A DNA stretch of 64,000 bases from an uncultured delta proteobacterium (GTDB lineage: Bacteria > Desulfobacterota > Desulfobacteria > Desulfobacterales > B30-G6), in NCBI GenBank assembly GCA_963823335.1, contig CAWGLD010000001.1:1920001-1984000 (forward strand), read 5' to 3'. The translations under genes and the position numbers were made by a program. The notes beneath the pieces are model-generated. The model made no database searches. It was given only the letters and a program-made list of their open reading frames with translations, and had not been told where the DNA came from. Shown here piece by piece: positions 20,038 to 29,587 of the stretch (its first letter is position 1; each line of letters starts with the position of its first letter).

Positions 20038-21132
20038 ATGTTTAGTTTTGCATTGTCTAAAGAACAGAAAATGGTCAAGGACGAGGTGTCAAAACTCGTT
20101 AAAAGCATGCTGGTGGACACGGCCCACGATATGGATGAGCAGCGGGCAATACCGCCGGAAGCGATTCAAAAAGTGTGGGAATTGGGATTTTCGATTTCCA
20201 TGGTTCCTGAATCGTACGGGGGGTTCGGCCTGAAGGACTCACCGATTGAGACCACATTAATTCTGGAGGAACTGGCCCGGGGTGATATGGCCTTTGCCCT
20301 GGGGGTCATGATGCCGTCTCTTTTCATCCACCCCTTGGCTGAAATGGGCACCCAGGAGCAGAAAGAGATGTATCTGCCCCGCTATTGCGGCGACACTTTT
20401 AAGCCGTGCACCCTGGCCATCCAGGAACCCCACGTAGGTTTCGATCCGTTTTCCCTGAGAACCACCGCCGTTCGTAAAGAGGGTGGCTATCTCCTCAACG
20501 GGAAAAAATGTTTTGTGCCCGGCGCAAAGGCATCCGGACACATGCTGGTAGCGTCAATGCTGGATGACGAACCCGCTCTGTTTATCGTCCCTGGGAATGC
20601 CCCGGGAATGACCGTGGGGGAGAGAGAAAAAAACCTTGGTCTGTATGCCCTCGAGACTTTTGAAGTGGTTTTCGAAAACTGTCAAATCCCGGTGAAAGAC
20701 CGTCTGGGAGGGGAAAACGGGTGCGATTACAGCCGCTTGATTCAAAAATCCCGGGTGGCCATGTCAGCCATCGGTACCGGGGTTTCCCGGGCATCCCTCG
20801 ATTTCGTTAAAGCGTATGCACGGCAGCGGGTACAGTTTGGGGAACCGATTGCCCACAAGCAGTCCATCGCCTTCATGCTGGCGGAAATGGCCTACGAGGT
20901 CGATGCCATGCGGCTCATGACCTGGAAAGCGGCATCGAGACTGGAGGCAGGTAAGGATGCGGCACGAGAATCCTACCTGGCGAAGCTTTACGCCGGAGAA
21001 ATGAGCATGAAAATTACCGATCACGGCGTCCAGGTGATGGGGGGGCACGGGTACATCCGTGATTACCCGGTTGAACGATATTTCCGCAATGGTCGCGGCG
21101 TCGGTATTCTGGAGGGCATTGCAACGCTATAA
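20038..21132 (+). CDS. Acyl-CoA dehydrogenase, FadE24-like subunit
   Basis: GKKCFVP, RVQFGEPI, VQVMGGHGY; short C-terminus GVGILEGIATL. Confidence 0.88.
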   Translation: MFSFALSKEQKMVKDEVSKLVKSMLVDTAHDMDEQRAIPPEAIQKVWELGFSISMVPESYGGFGLKDSPIETTLILEELARGDMAFALGVMMPSLFIHPLAEMGTQEQKEMYLPRYCGDTFKPCTLAIQEPHVGFDPFSLRTTAVRKEGGYLLNGKKCFVPGAKASGHMLVASMLDDEPALFIVPGNAPGMTVGEREKNLGLYALETFEVVFENCQIPVKDRLGGENGCDYSRLIQKSRVAMSAIGTGVSRASLDFVKAYARQRVQFGEPIAHKQSIAFMLAEMAYEVDAMRLMTWKAASRLEAGKDAARESYLAKLYAGEMSMKITDHGVQVMGGHGYIRDYPVERYFRNGRGVGILEGIATL

Positions 21133-21217
21133 TCTCTGTCCCCACAAGGGTAGATAACCGGGAATGATAAACCCGATTTCAATTCAATCACAGCAACGGA
21201 TTTAGGGAGAAGACAAC

Positions 21218-22417
21218 ATGATCAACCTGGAATTGACCGACGAGATAAAAAAACTCAAGCATGACCTGAATAACCTTTCCCTTTCGCTTTTCAGGCCCAT
21301 CTCAAGAAAATACGACGAGGCCGAGCACGCATATCCAAAGGAGCTGGATGTTCTCAGGGGGCTCAGGGAGCAAAGAAAGCCCAAAACAAAAGGGCAAGAA
21401 GAGAAAAAGACCAAGAGCGCAAAGAAACCCGGTATGGGTAAAAATCTCCAGGCGGTCATTTCCATAGAAGAACTGTGCTGGGGCGATACGGGTTTGACGC
21501 TCAGCTGGCCGGGTGCAGGGCTGGGTAATGCCGCCATCGATGCGGTAGCCACAGAGGAACAGCTGGAGCGCTTCGGGCACAAGTGGGCTGCCATGGCCAT
21601 TACCGAACCAGAGGCGGGTTCCGACACAGCCTCGATTACCACCACTGCGGAACTCGACGGAGAGGAGTGGGTTCTCAACGGCGAAAAGATATTTGTCACG
21701 GCTGCCGACAGGAGTGAAGCCGTTGTCGTATGGGCCACCATAGACAAAAAAGCCGGCAGGGGAGGTATCAAGTCATTTGTGGTGGAAAAGGGATCCCCGG
21801 GCTTCAAGCTGGATCATCTGGAAAAGAAACTGGGCATCCGTGCCTCGGACACCGGTGCGTTTGTTCTCAATAACTGCCGGATACCAAAAGACAACATCCT
21901 GGGCAGCAGCGAAGTGAAGCAAGAAAAGACCACGGCCGGGTTCAAGGGTGTCATGAAAACCTTTGACAATACGAGACCTCACGTGGCCGCCCAGGGTCTT
22001 GGCATTGCCCGGGCCGCCCTGGAATTCACCAAAGGAAAACTGGAAGAGGACGGCGCCGTTTTCGATTACCGAAATCATCCCAACCGTATTGCCAGCCGTG
22101 AAAAAGAGTACTACCTTATGGAAGCCCACCTGGAGGCGGCCAGACTTCTCACCTGGCGGGCCGCATGGATGGCCGACAACGGGGAGAGAAACAGCATGGA
22201 GGCTTCCATGTCCAAGGCCAAGAGCGGCCGCTCGGCGACGCTGATAACCCAGAAGTGCTGTGAACTGCTGGGGCCTGTCGGCTTTTCCTGCCGTGAACTG
22301 GCCGAGAAATGGATGCGGGATGCCAAGATCATCGATATATACGAAGGAACGGGTCAGATACAGCACCTGATCGTTGCCCGTCAGTTTTTGGGACTGAGTA
22401 GCAAGGAACTCAAGTAG
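21218..22417 (+). CDS. Acyl-CoA dehydrogenase, FadE23-like subunit
   Basis: MINLEL...RPISRKYDEAEHAYPKELD N-terminus resembling FadE23; ITEPEAGSD and IYEGT motifs. Confidence 0.9.
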   Translation: MINLELTDEIKKLKHDLNNLSLSLFRPISRKYDEAEHAYPKELDVLRGLREQRKPKTKGQEEKKTKSAKKPGMGKNLQAVISIEELCWGDTGLTLSWPGAGLGNAAIDAVATEEQLERFGHKWAAMAITEPEAGSDTASITTTAELDGEEWVLNGEKIFVTAADRSEAVVVWATIDKKAGRGGIKSFVVEKGSPGFKLDHLEKKLGIRASDTGAFVLNNCRIPKDNILGSSEVKQEKTTAGFKGVMKTFDNTRPHVAAQGLGIARAALEFTKGKLEEDGAVFDYRNHPNRIASREKEYYLMEAHLEAARLLTWRAAWMADNGERNSMEASMSKAKSGRSATLITQKCCELLGPVGFSCRELAEKWMRDAKIIDIYEGTGQIQHLIVARQFLGLSSKELK

Positions 22418-22612
22418 AATCTGTCTAAAAAAAGATTTTTGGCCCAATTCCTGTGTTGGGTCCGAACTTCAACTCCTCGGAATACAACAGTATGCACCCC
22501 AAGGGCACTTTCTGTGGGCGCCTGCGGGTTGAAGTACGGACCCGCCTTGAACTTGACGAAGATCCCGCTCTTTTTGCGGGGAACCAAAACCCATTTTTTG
22601 AGATCAGATTCT
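22415..22612. mobile_element. MITE-like non-coding element (~197 bp)
   Basis: Imperfect terminal inverted repeats agaatctgtctaaaaaa / ttttttgagatcagattct; internal stem gggtccgaacttcaac ... gttgaagtacggaccc; starts in the TAG stop codon of the upstream gene. Confidence 0.55.
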
Positions 22613-22646
22613 TTAATAATAATTTTCTAATGCCGGAGTGGAATCA

Positions 22647-23084
22647 ATGTCAGATGAAGCAACACTGAATCCTAAATTTAAAGAAGCCTTGCTGACCCGA
22701 CTGCCGGACAGGATGCCGTTCTGGAAACTGCTTGGCATCGAGTTTGTGGATGTGGGCAAGGGCTGGGCCAAGATGCGCATGCCCTTTTCCCACAAACTGA
22801 CCAACTCTACGGGAGTTGCTCACGGGGGTGGGCTTTTTTCACTTGCCGATTCTGCCGGCAGCATGGCCCTGGTGAGCATGATAGATAAGGGAGAGGTCGT
22901 TACAACGGTGGAAATGAAGATCAATTTTCTCCGGCCATTGCAAAAGGGGGAGGCTCTAGCGGAAGCACGGATTATTCACTGTGGTAGAACCACCGCCCTC
23001 GGGGAGGTCGAGGTGAAAGACGCTTCTGGAACTTTGATAGCCAAGGGCATGGCGACGTTTCTGCGAAAAACAGCGGCTGAATAG
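22647..23084 (+). CDS. PaaI-family thioesterase
   Basis: NSTGVAHGGGLFSLAD and TVEMKINFLRP hot-dog motifs. Confidence 0.9.
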   Translation: MSDEATLNPKFKEALLTRLPDRMPFWKLLGIEFVDVGKGWAKMRMPFSHKLTNSTGVAHGGGLFSLADSAGSMALVSMIDKGEVVTTVEMKINFLRPLQKGEALAEARIIHCGRTTALGEVEVKDASGTLIAKGMATFLRKTAAE

Positions 23085-23085
23085 A

Positions 23086-23253
23086 TGCTGGCTCCAAAAA
23101 GAATTTATGGGACCGTTCTCCGGCCAGGCTTCCGGTTTGATCAAGGAGATCAAACCGGCGGCCGAGATTCTTGAAGGCATGGCTGAAGAAGCGGCCGAGA
23201 TTCTGACCGAAAGACTTCCGGCAGAAGTCACCATCGTTTTTTTCAAGCCGTGA
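23086..23253 (+). pseudogene. 3' remnant of a nitronate monooxygenase/FabK-family gene
   Basis: Translates EFMGPFSGQASGLIKEIKPAAEILEGMAEEAAEIL, matching the AGQxxGL...P..I C-terminal motif also seen in the 61334-62359 protein; no 5' part. Confidence 0.6.
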
Positions 23254-23293
23254 AAAGAAGCAAAGACAGAACATCTCACGCTGGAATGAGATC

Positions 23294-23863
23294 TCAGGTC
23301 AATATCTTCAGAATCCGAGGTGCCATTCTTTCGGGTATGCCGGGTATGGCCTTGGGATAGCCGATGATAAGCGGTGCGACAATCCGGTGATCTTCAGACA
23401 TGCCCATGAGATTAAGCAACTCAGGATCCTGAATGCTTGTTCCCAGACCGATCCAGCAGGTTCCCAGTCCTCTTGCCGAGGCACCAAACATGAAATAACA
23501 GGCCGCCAGGGAGCAGTCCACGTAAAGGTTGTTTATCTCCCTGGATCCGACAATATACACCAGGCTGGGGGCGTTATAAAACACGTTGAAATGCGGATTT
23601 CGCATGGCGGCCTCGTATTTCTTGCTCGGGGCTTCCGGATTTGCCTCAATAAATGCAAGTATATTTTTTTTGCTTTCATCTGAAAGCCTTTTGATCAGTT
23701 CCTTGTCGTTGATGACGATAAAATTCCATGGCTGCCCGTTACCCGCGCTGGGCGCAAGACAACTGTCGTGGATGATTTCCTGAATCGTTTCCATCGGTAC
23801 TGCTTTGTCCTCGAAGTCCCTGATGGCGCGTCTGTTTTTTAAAAGTTCACTAAATTGGGTCAT
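23294..23863 (-). CDS. Nitroreductase family protein
   Basis: RRAIRDF, APSAGNGQPWNF and GLGTCWIG motifs. Confidence 0.92.
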   Translation of the reverse strand: MTQFSELLKNRRAIRDFEDKAVPMETIQEIIHDSCLAPSAGNGQPWNFIVINDKELIKRLSDESKKNILAFIEANPEAPSKKYEAAMRNPHFNVFYNAPSLVYIVGSREINNLYVDCSLAACYFMFGASARGLGTCWIGLGTSIQDPELLNLMGMSEDHRIVAPLIIGYPKAIPGIPERMAPRILKILT

Positions 23864-24019
23864 GGTGTGTTCCTTTCTTTAAGCATACAGGTTAGTGCAT
23901 TTGCCAGAGTAACATTCCGAAACTGCTCCGGCAAATAAAGATTCTGTTTCATGCTTCGTTGTGATCGCTCGCGCATGAAAATTTATGACAATAGCTATAA
24001 TGAATAGCAACCGAAAATG

Positions 24020-24046
24020 AACTACCCCGCAGCAAGCTTCGGGGTA
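24020..24046. repeat. Short palindrome TACCCCGCAGC-aa-GCTTCGGGGTA, resembling the core stem of family A
   Basis: Near-perfect inverted repeat read directly from the sequence. Confidence 0.65.
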
Positions 24047-24052
24047 TCTATT

Positions 24053-24143
24053 GTCATGCCGGACACGATCCGGCATCCAGAAAGAGACTGGATGCTCCCG
24101 GCTCAATTACTTGCCGGGGCAGGCTTATCAAGTCCGGCATGAC
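24053..24143. repeat. Repeat family D (GTCATGCCGGAC...GTCCGGCATGAC REP-like palindrome) with a nested insert
   Basis: 12-bp terminal inverted repeat and internal gcatccag/ctggatgc stem; partial second copy at 43423-43462. Confidence 0.8.
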
Positions 24144-24168
24144 GGATTTTGGCTGTTTCGTCGCCGAG

Positions 24169-25611
24169 TTAATAAGATCGCCTGAGATACCGACCGTACT
24201 GTGCCAGATAGGCGATGACCTTGGCACCAACTTCCGGGCTGCGGTAGGTGTATATCCCCAGGTCCGCTAGCCTGCCAATGGGTTTGGATTTCCGGCGATC
24301 GTTGACGGCCGTCACGATGACCGGCTTGCCGTAGCGGGCGATTCGATCGAAAAGCCCTTCCACCATTTTCAGCTCGCCTTCCACCATTGCCTTATGGTAT
24401 TTTTTCACGTTCTCGGCGGCTTCGAACGGCAATCCAGCGGGCAGACGCGGCACATACCCGATGCAGCTGATAACCAGCACGGCATCGATACCGTCGGTTT
24501 TCATCATATTTCCGATGCAGGCATAGGAACTGTGCACGGTTCCGGCCATGTCGACGGGGTTTGCATGAGACCAGCGGGATGGAAGGATGCGATCCAGCCT
24601 CGCTATGGTTTCATCAGACAAGGGCGGTACTTTCAAGCCCAATTCGCGACAGGCATCGGCTGCCACCACGCCGAAACCACCACCCACCGTAACAATCCCC
24701 ACCCGGTTGTTTTTCGGGATGGGTTGCCCGATCAACGCCGAGGCGGTATCCACCATGTCATCGACGGTATTTACCCGGATGACGCCTGACTGTTTAAAAA
24801 CCGCATCGTGGATTCTGTCCGAGCCGCTGAGGGAAGCTGTGTGAGACATGGCAGCGCGCGCACCTTCCGGACTGCGGCCGGCCTTCAATACGATGATGGG
24901 TTTTTTGCGCGTTACCTGTTTGGCCAAATCGAGAAACCGGCGTCCATCTTTCAGCCCTTCGATGTAGGCACAGATTATTTTCGTTTCCGCATCTTCGGCC
25001 AGATACTCGATATAATCCTCGATGGTCAGGTCGGCTTCATTACCGCTGCTGACATATTTGCTGAACCCGAACCCTTTATCAGTGCCCTGCCGGATTATAT
25101 ATCCTCCAAAGTTTCCGCTATGAGAGACGATTCCCACGGGACCGGGCTTGATATCCTCTTCTCCCGTTGTGAACAGACCGGATGATGTATTGAAGTGCCC
25201 GTTGCAATTAGGGCCGACGACCCTGATTCCCCCGCTTCTTGCGACCCTGACAATCTCCGCTTCGTGTTCGGCACCCGCGCTGCCGGTTTCCTTGAAACCG
25301 GCGGTAATGATCAGGACGGACTTTACATTTTTGGTGACACAGTCCTGAATGGCCGCCGCCGTGTGGGCCGGTGGAATGACGATGACCGCGAAATCGACAT
25401 CCCCGGGTACTTCCGTTAAACGGGCATAGGCAGGCCTTCCAAGTATCTCCTTTTCCTTGGGGTTGATGGGGTAAACCTTGAACGGGGTCTTTTTTCTGAC
25501 CATGCGGCTCATGACACCGAAGCCCCATTTGTCGGGGTTGTTACTGGCGCCGATTACCGCAACCGAGCGTGGTGAAAAAAGATAGTCGATATTTTTGAGT
25601 GATGGATGCAC
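24169..25611 (-). CDS. Acyl-CoA synthetase (NDP-forming) alpha subunit / CoA-binding protein
   Basis: PRSVAVIGAS, GPNCNG, SHSG, GNEAD, SHTASL (phospho-His loop) and NPVD motifs. Confidence 0.9.
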   Translation of the reverse strand: MHPSLKNIDYLFSPRSVAVIGASNNPDKWGFGVMSRMVRKKTPFKVYPINPKEKEILGRPAYARLTEVPGDVDFAVIVIPPAHTAAAIQDCVTKNVKSVLIITAGFKETGSAGAEHEAEIVRVARSGGIRVVGPNCNGHFNTSSGLFTTGEEDIKPGPVGIVSHSGNFGGYIIRQGTDKGFGFSKYVSSGNEADLTIEDYIEYLAEDAETKIICAYIEGLKDGRRFLDLAKQVTRKKPIIVLKAGRSPEGARAAMSHTASLSGSDRIHDAVFKQSGVIRVNTVDDMVDTASALIGQPIPKNNRVGIVTVGGGFGVVAADACRELGLKVPPLSDETIARLDRILPSRWSHANPVDMAGTVHSSYACIGNMMKTDGIDAVLVISCIGYVPRLPAGLPFEAAENVKKYHKAMVEGELKMVEGLFDRIARYGKPVIVTAVNDRRKSKPIGRLADLGIYTYRSPEVGAKVIAYLAQYGRYLRRSY

Positions 25612-25650
25612 TGTGTCAAACTTTTTTAAAACGTCTTCATTATATTAAAG

Positions 25651-25726
25651 ATTGAAGAACCTCGCAGCATGCGAAGCACTGCCGAACGGCAGAACCTACG
25701 GGGAATGCGCTCGCTGTTGCGGTTCA
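25651..25726 (-). repeat. Repeat family A (76-bp structured element), copy 1
   Basis: Exact reverse complement of 45520-45595. Confidence 0.92.
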
Positions 25727-25876
25727 AATGATCTAACGATATAGGTGATCAAAAGTTGATGTATCGCTTTGTTCTATCGTTTATACAGCAGATAGAATTC
25801 CGTAACAAGGCACTTAACGGTCATGGCAAAACTTTCTACCAGGGGGCAAGCGGCAAGGGCCATACGGGACGGGTAT

Positions 25877-27155
25877 TTACGTTAAAAATCCCGGTTTCTG
25901 ATAGTCCGGGTCAGGGTAACGGTAGAATCCTTTTCCGGATTTCAGACCCAGTTCGCCTTTCTGGATATATGAATCCAGAAAATCTGTGGCTAATTTTGTG
26001 GTTTCAGCTACCGTCCCGGGATTTCCCATCATGGCCTCGATTTGTTCAGCCCGTTCTTCCAGTTCCTTTTTGACAATATCCAGGCCGATGACGTCCATGG
26101 TTCCAAAAGGACCGCATTGCGGGTTGTGGGTCAGCATCCATGATTTGTCCACGTCCTGCGGGTCCGCAAAACCTTCGGCGACAAGAACCAGGGCAGTAGA
26201 GAGAACTGAGCTGACCATGGGGCCGCTAAGCGATTTATCCTCTTCTGCATTTGCCAAAAACGCGGGCTTTTGAAAATCCGGCTCGGGATATTCATAAAAT
26301 CCTGTGCCGGTTTTGATGCCCAGATTCCCCCTGTCGATGTATGGCTGCAGAAAACTGTGGATAGCCGCTACGATCGCGGGGCTGCTGGGGGCTTTCTCTC
26401 GATTGAGACTTTCCGCCAGGACGTCCATCACCAGGTTTAACCCCACACCGTCCAGCATGCCAAAGGGGCCGATGGTATCGTTCTGGTTCAGCATCCAGGA
26501 TCGATCGATTTCCTTGAAGTCAACGCCCACAATCGCTGCCTAGCACCTGGGCGGTTCCCAGGAGTCCGCCAAACATGGTGTTGTGAAGATATCCTTCACG
26601 CTCTTTTTTGAGCACGACACACACTTGCCCCTGGCTTTTAACGAATCGCTGGACGATGTCCATGGTTTCGGGTGATGTTCGGGGTCCGGCCACGATATCG
26701 ACCAGGGGCCTCGTTTGGTGAAAATGCATGGCCGCAAATCTGTCTCCCCGTCTCACCGCACTCTCTATCTTGGAAGGCAGCAGGGTCGAGGTATTGGTGG
26801 TCATGATGGCGTGCGGGGCAAGCAATTGGTCGAACTGCCGGTGGGTCTGGCGCTTTAACGCCAGTCTCTCGAACACGGACTCACTGAGAAGATCGGCATC
26901 CCGCGCCGCTTCCTTCGGATTGGTTGTCCGGGTAATGCGGGCCGATGCGTCTTTGATGACCTTGTGATCGGCCACACCCAGTTCCACCAGAGCCTGGCCC
27001 CAGTTCAACTGTCTTTCCGGTACCATATCGAGTGCCTGCTCCGAAATATCATAGAGGGTCGCCTGGTATCCGGCCACAGCGGTGATCAGGGAATTGTAAC
27101 ACCCCATGGTGCCGGCACCCACGAAGCACACCTTTTTGATTTCAGTAATTGGCAT
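25877..27155 (-). CDS. 3-hydroxyacyl-CoA dehydrogenase with tandem C-terminal domains, frameshifted near 26530
   Basis: GAGTMG, TNTST and MHFH motifs in ORF 26520-27155; two GPFG...G.KTG.GFY domains in ORF 25877-26530. Confidence 0.87.
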
Positions 27156-27412
27156 TGTCTTCCTTCAATGATAATCTTTCTTTGTGTTTCGTTGTGTGCT
27201 TATGGACATGACACGCTATTCGAATTCGATATGACAAATTTTATCAAATGATTGCAGGATAATCAAAGTGTTTGGCGTTTCAGATCTTGCTTTTTATTCA
27301 GGTTTTTAAGAAGGCAGCAGGCTTTCGTGTTCAGGAATACTGGCAAGAATTATGAATTCATGCTAATACATCACGGTATGAATTAAATTCATGAACTGAG
27401 GAGGAATAATCG

Positions 27413-28414
27413 ATGACAGACATGAGCTTGTACCGACAGCTGGCGGCGGATATCGGTTTCCCCGAGTCAAAAATGATGCCTGAAATGTTTGCATTTGTTG
27501 CCGATGAAGACGAGGCAAAGTTAATGCTGGCCGCCTCGCCGCCGGCTACTGTTGAGGAAATATCAGATAAAACCGGTTTTCCCGTCGATACAGTTAAATC
27601 GATGATAGAGGCATTGTTTAACAAGGGATTGATCTTTAAATCCAAGAAACCGGATGCAACCCGTTACTACAAAGTGCGGCATTATATGCAGTTTCACGAT
27701 GCCACCGTCCTCACGCCGGGCATAGACAAGGCCTACCTGGAGCTCTGGAAAAAATTTGAAGCCACCGAGCTGCGGACTTTTCAGGAAATGGCCAAGAATA
27801 ACGACTTCCCCCAGGGGATGCGGGTGGTGCCGGTGAACGTGACCATCGAAGCACAGAACCAGGTCATGGCTTTCGAAGATGTGAAAAACATGGTGGAGGA
27901 AGCCCATGCCATAGCGGTTACCAATTGTTCCTGCAGGACCATTCACGGAATTACGGATGTACCCATGGAAGTTTGCATGCAGCTCAACAAGGCCGCTGAT
28001 TACGCCCTGGAACGGGGTACCGGGCGGGCGCTGACCAAGCCTGAAGCTATCGAGATGCTCAAAATGTGTGAGGAGGAGGGTCTGGTACACTGTGTTGAAA
28101 ATAAACATGGTCTGGGGCATGTCATCTGCAACTGTGACAATGTGGGCTGCAGCAACTGGGGACACGACCGGGTCTATGTCAAGAAATTTACGGCGCCCAG
28201 CCGCTTTAAAGCCCGGGTCGCGCCTGAGCTGTGTACCTCCTGCGAGACGTGTGTGGACCGCTGCTTTTTCGATGCCGTAACCATGGAAGGGCCGGACGAT
28301 ACCGCCCTCATCGACGCCGCCAAGTGCATGGGTTGCGGCATTTGCGTGCCGACCTGTCCCGGAGAGGCTATCGCATACGAAGAAATCAGGCAGAAGACGT
28401 TTATACCCCAATAA
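27413..28414 (+). CDS. 4Fe-4S dicluster protein with an N-terminal winged-helix-like region and extra Cys motifs
   Basis: CSCR...C...CNCDNVGC plus two CxxCxxCxxxC motifs. Confidence 0.85.
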   Translation: MTDMSLYRQLAADIGFPESKMMPEMFAFVADEDEAKLMLAASPPATVEEISDKTGFPVDTVKSMIEALFNKGLIFKSKKPDATRYYKVRHYMQFHDATVLTPGIDKAYLELWKKFEATELRTFQEMAKNNDFPQGMRVVPVNVTIEAQNQVMAFEDVKNMVEEAHAIAVTNCSCRTIHGITDVPMEVCMQLNKAADYALERGTGRALTKPEAIEMLKMCEEEGLVHCVENKHGLGHVICNCDNVGCSNWGHDRVYVKKFTAPSRFKARVAPELCTSCETCVDRCFFDAVTMEGPDDTALIDAAKCMGCGICVPTCPGEAIAYEEIRQKTFIPQ

Positions 28415-28454
28415 AATCGCCATACGATTTTATGAAACGCTACGTTGGCGTTTC
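28410..28454. repeat. Repeat family B, copy 4 (diverged)
   Basis: ataaaatcg-ccata-cgattttat plus gaaacgc-tacgttg-gcgtttc; supplies the TAA stop at 28412-28414. Confidence 0.75.
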
Positions 28455-28518
28455 TTTCAGCAGCTTACAGGTGCTTCTAAACTGTGATGGGACAATGCGT
28501 CAACCCTTGGACAACATC

Positions 28519-29474
28519 ATGAACAATGAATATGTGTCTCGTTTGAATCGAACCATTGATTATATTTACAGCCATAGTCATGAGGAGTTGAACCTGGCGA
28601 AACTGTCCGAAGTTGCCTGTTTTTTCAAAATATCATTTCCATCGCATATTCCGCGCCATTCTGGGTGAAACCGTCAACGAGTTCGTGCAGAGAATTCGGC
28701 TGGAAAGGTCCATGGGTCAGTTGATGCTGTACAAATATAAATCCATCACCGAGATTGCACTGGATACCGGTTTTTCAAGTTCCCAGAACTTTGCCCGATC
28801 CTTTAAAGCGCAATATGGCATTACACCCTCCCAGGCAAGAGCCGATTATTACTGGGACAGCTATCTGAAGAAAATGCAGAAAATAAAGGGCCCTGATATC
28901 GATGTCTTGCAGTCTGATGAGATGGGTCCGGTGGACCATTACATCCTGCAGCTCAAACAGTCCCTTGAAAAGAGATTGACTGCCTCACCCGAGATGCATG
29001 TGACCATAAAAAAACTTCCGTCCTATCGCGTGGCTTACATCAGAACCTGGGGTCTTACAGTGTCGAAGCCGGCAGTGCCGCTTTGCAAAATTACGGCAGT
29101 GGGCGAATTCCAAGGGATATCTCAATGACGATGCGATTGTCATGGGGGTTGCGGGTAACAGCCCCTATTTTACACCGCCGGAAAAACTGATTTTCGATGC
29201 CTGTATTACGGTGCCAGAGGCCACACCGGCAGATCGATGTGTCAATATTCAATCGCTCCAGGGGGGCGATTTTGCGGTTCTCCATTGTGATATTGACATT
29301 CATCGCCTGGAAGAAGAGTGGCTGCGTTTTCTGCTTAACTGGCTGGTCAAAAGCGATTACCAACCGGATGATCGCCCTTCCTACAGCATTTATTATAGTA
29401 CACCGGAAGAGCCGTTGGTTGCAAAACGGGTTCTTGTTGATCTTTGTCTGCCCGTTACGTCTTTGATGCGATGA
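28519..29474 (+). CDS. AraC-family regulator with a C-terminal GyrI-like effector domain, frameshifted near 28620 and 29050-29140
   Basis: EYVSRLNRTIDYI, FSKYHFHRIF, GFSSSQNFARSFK and GyrI-like FDACITV...DYQPDDRP. Confidence 0.85.
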
Positions 29475-29526
29475 AAGCAAGCGTTGAAACACCAATAGCA
29501 AAGATATGGATATTAAATCGTATTAG
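29474..29526 (+). promoter_or_regulatory. Putative AraC-type binding site/promoter, copy 1
   Basis: AGCAAG and AGCAAA 21 bp apart; near-identical block at 31208-31270. Confidence 0.55.
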
Positions 29527-29587
29527 GTAATAAATAAGATCATAAATCACCTTTGTACCAACACCAGACCACAAGGAGGGAAGGGGC

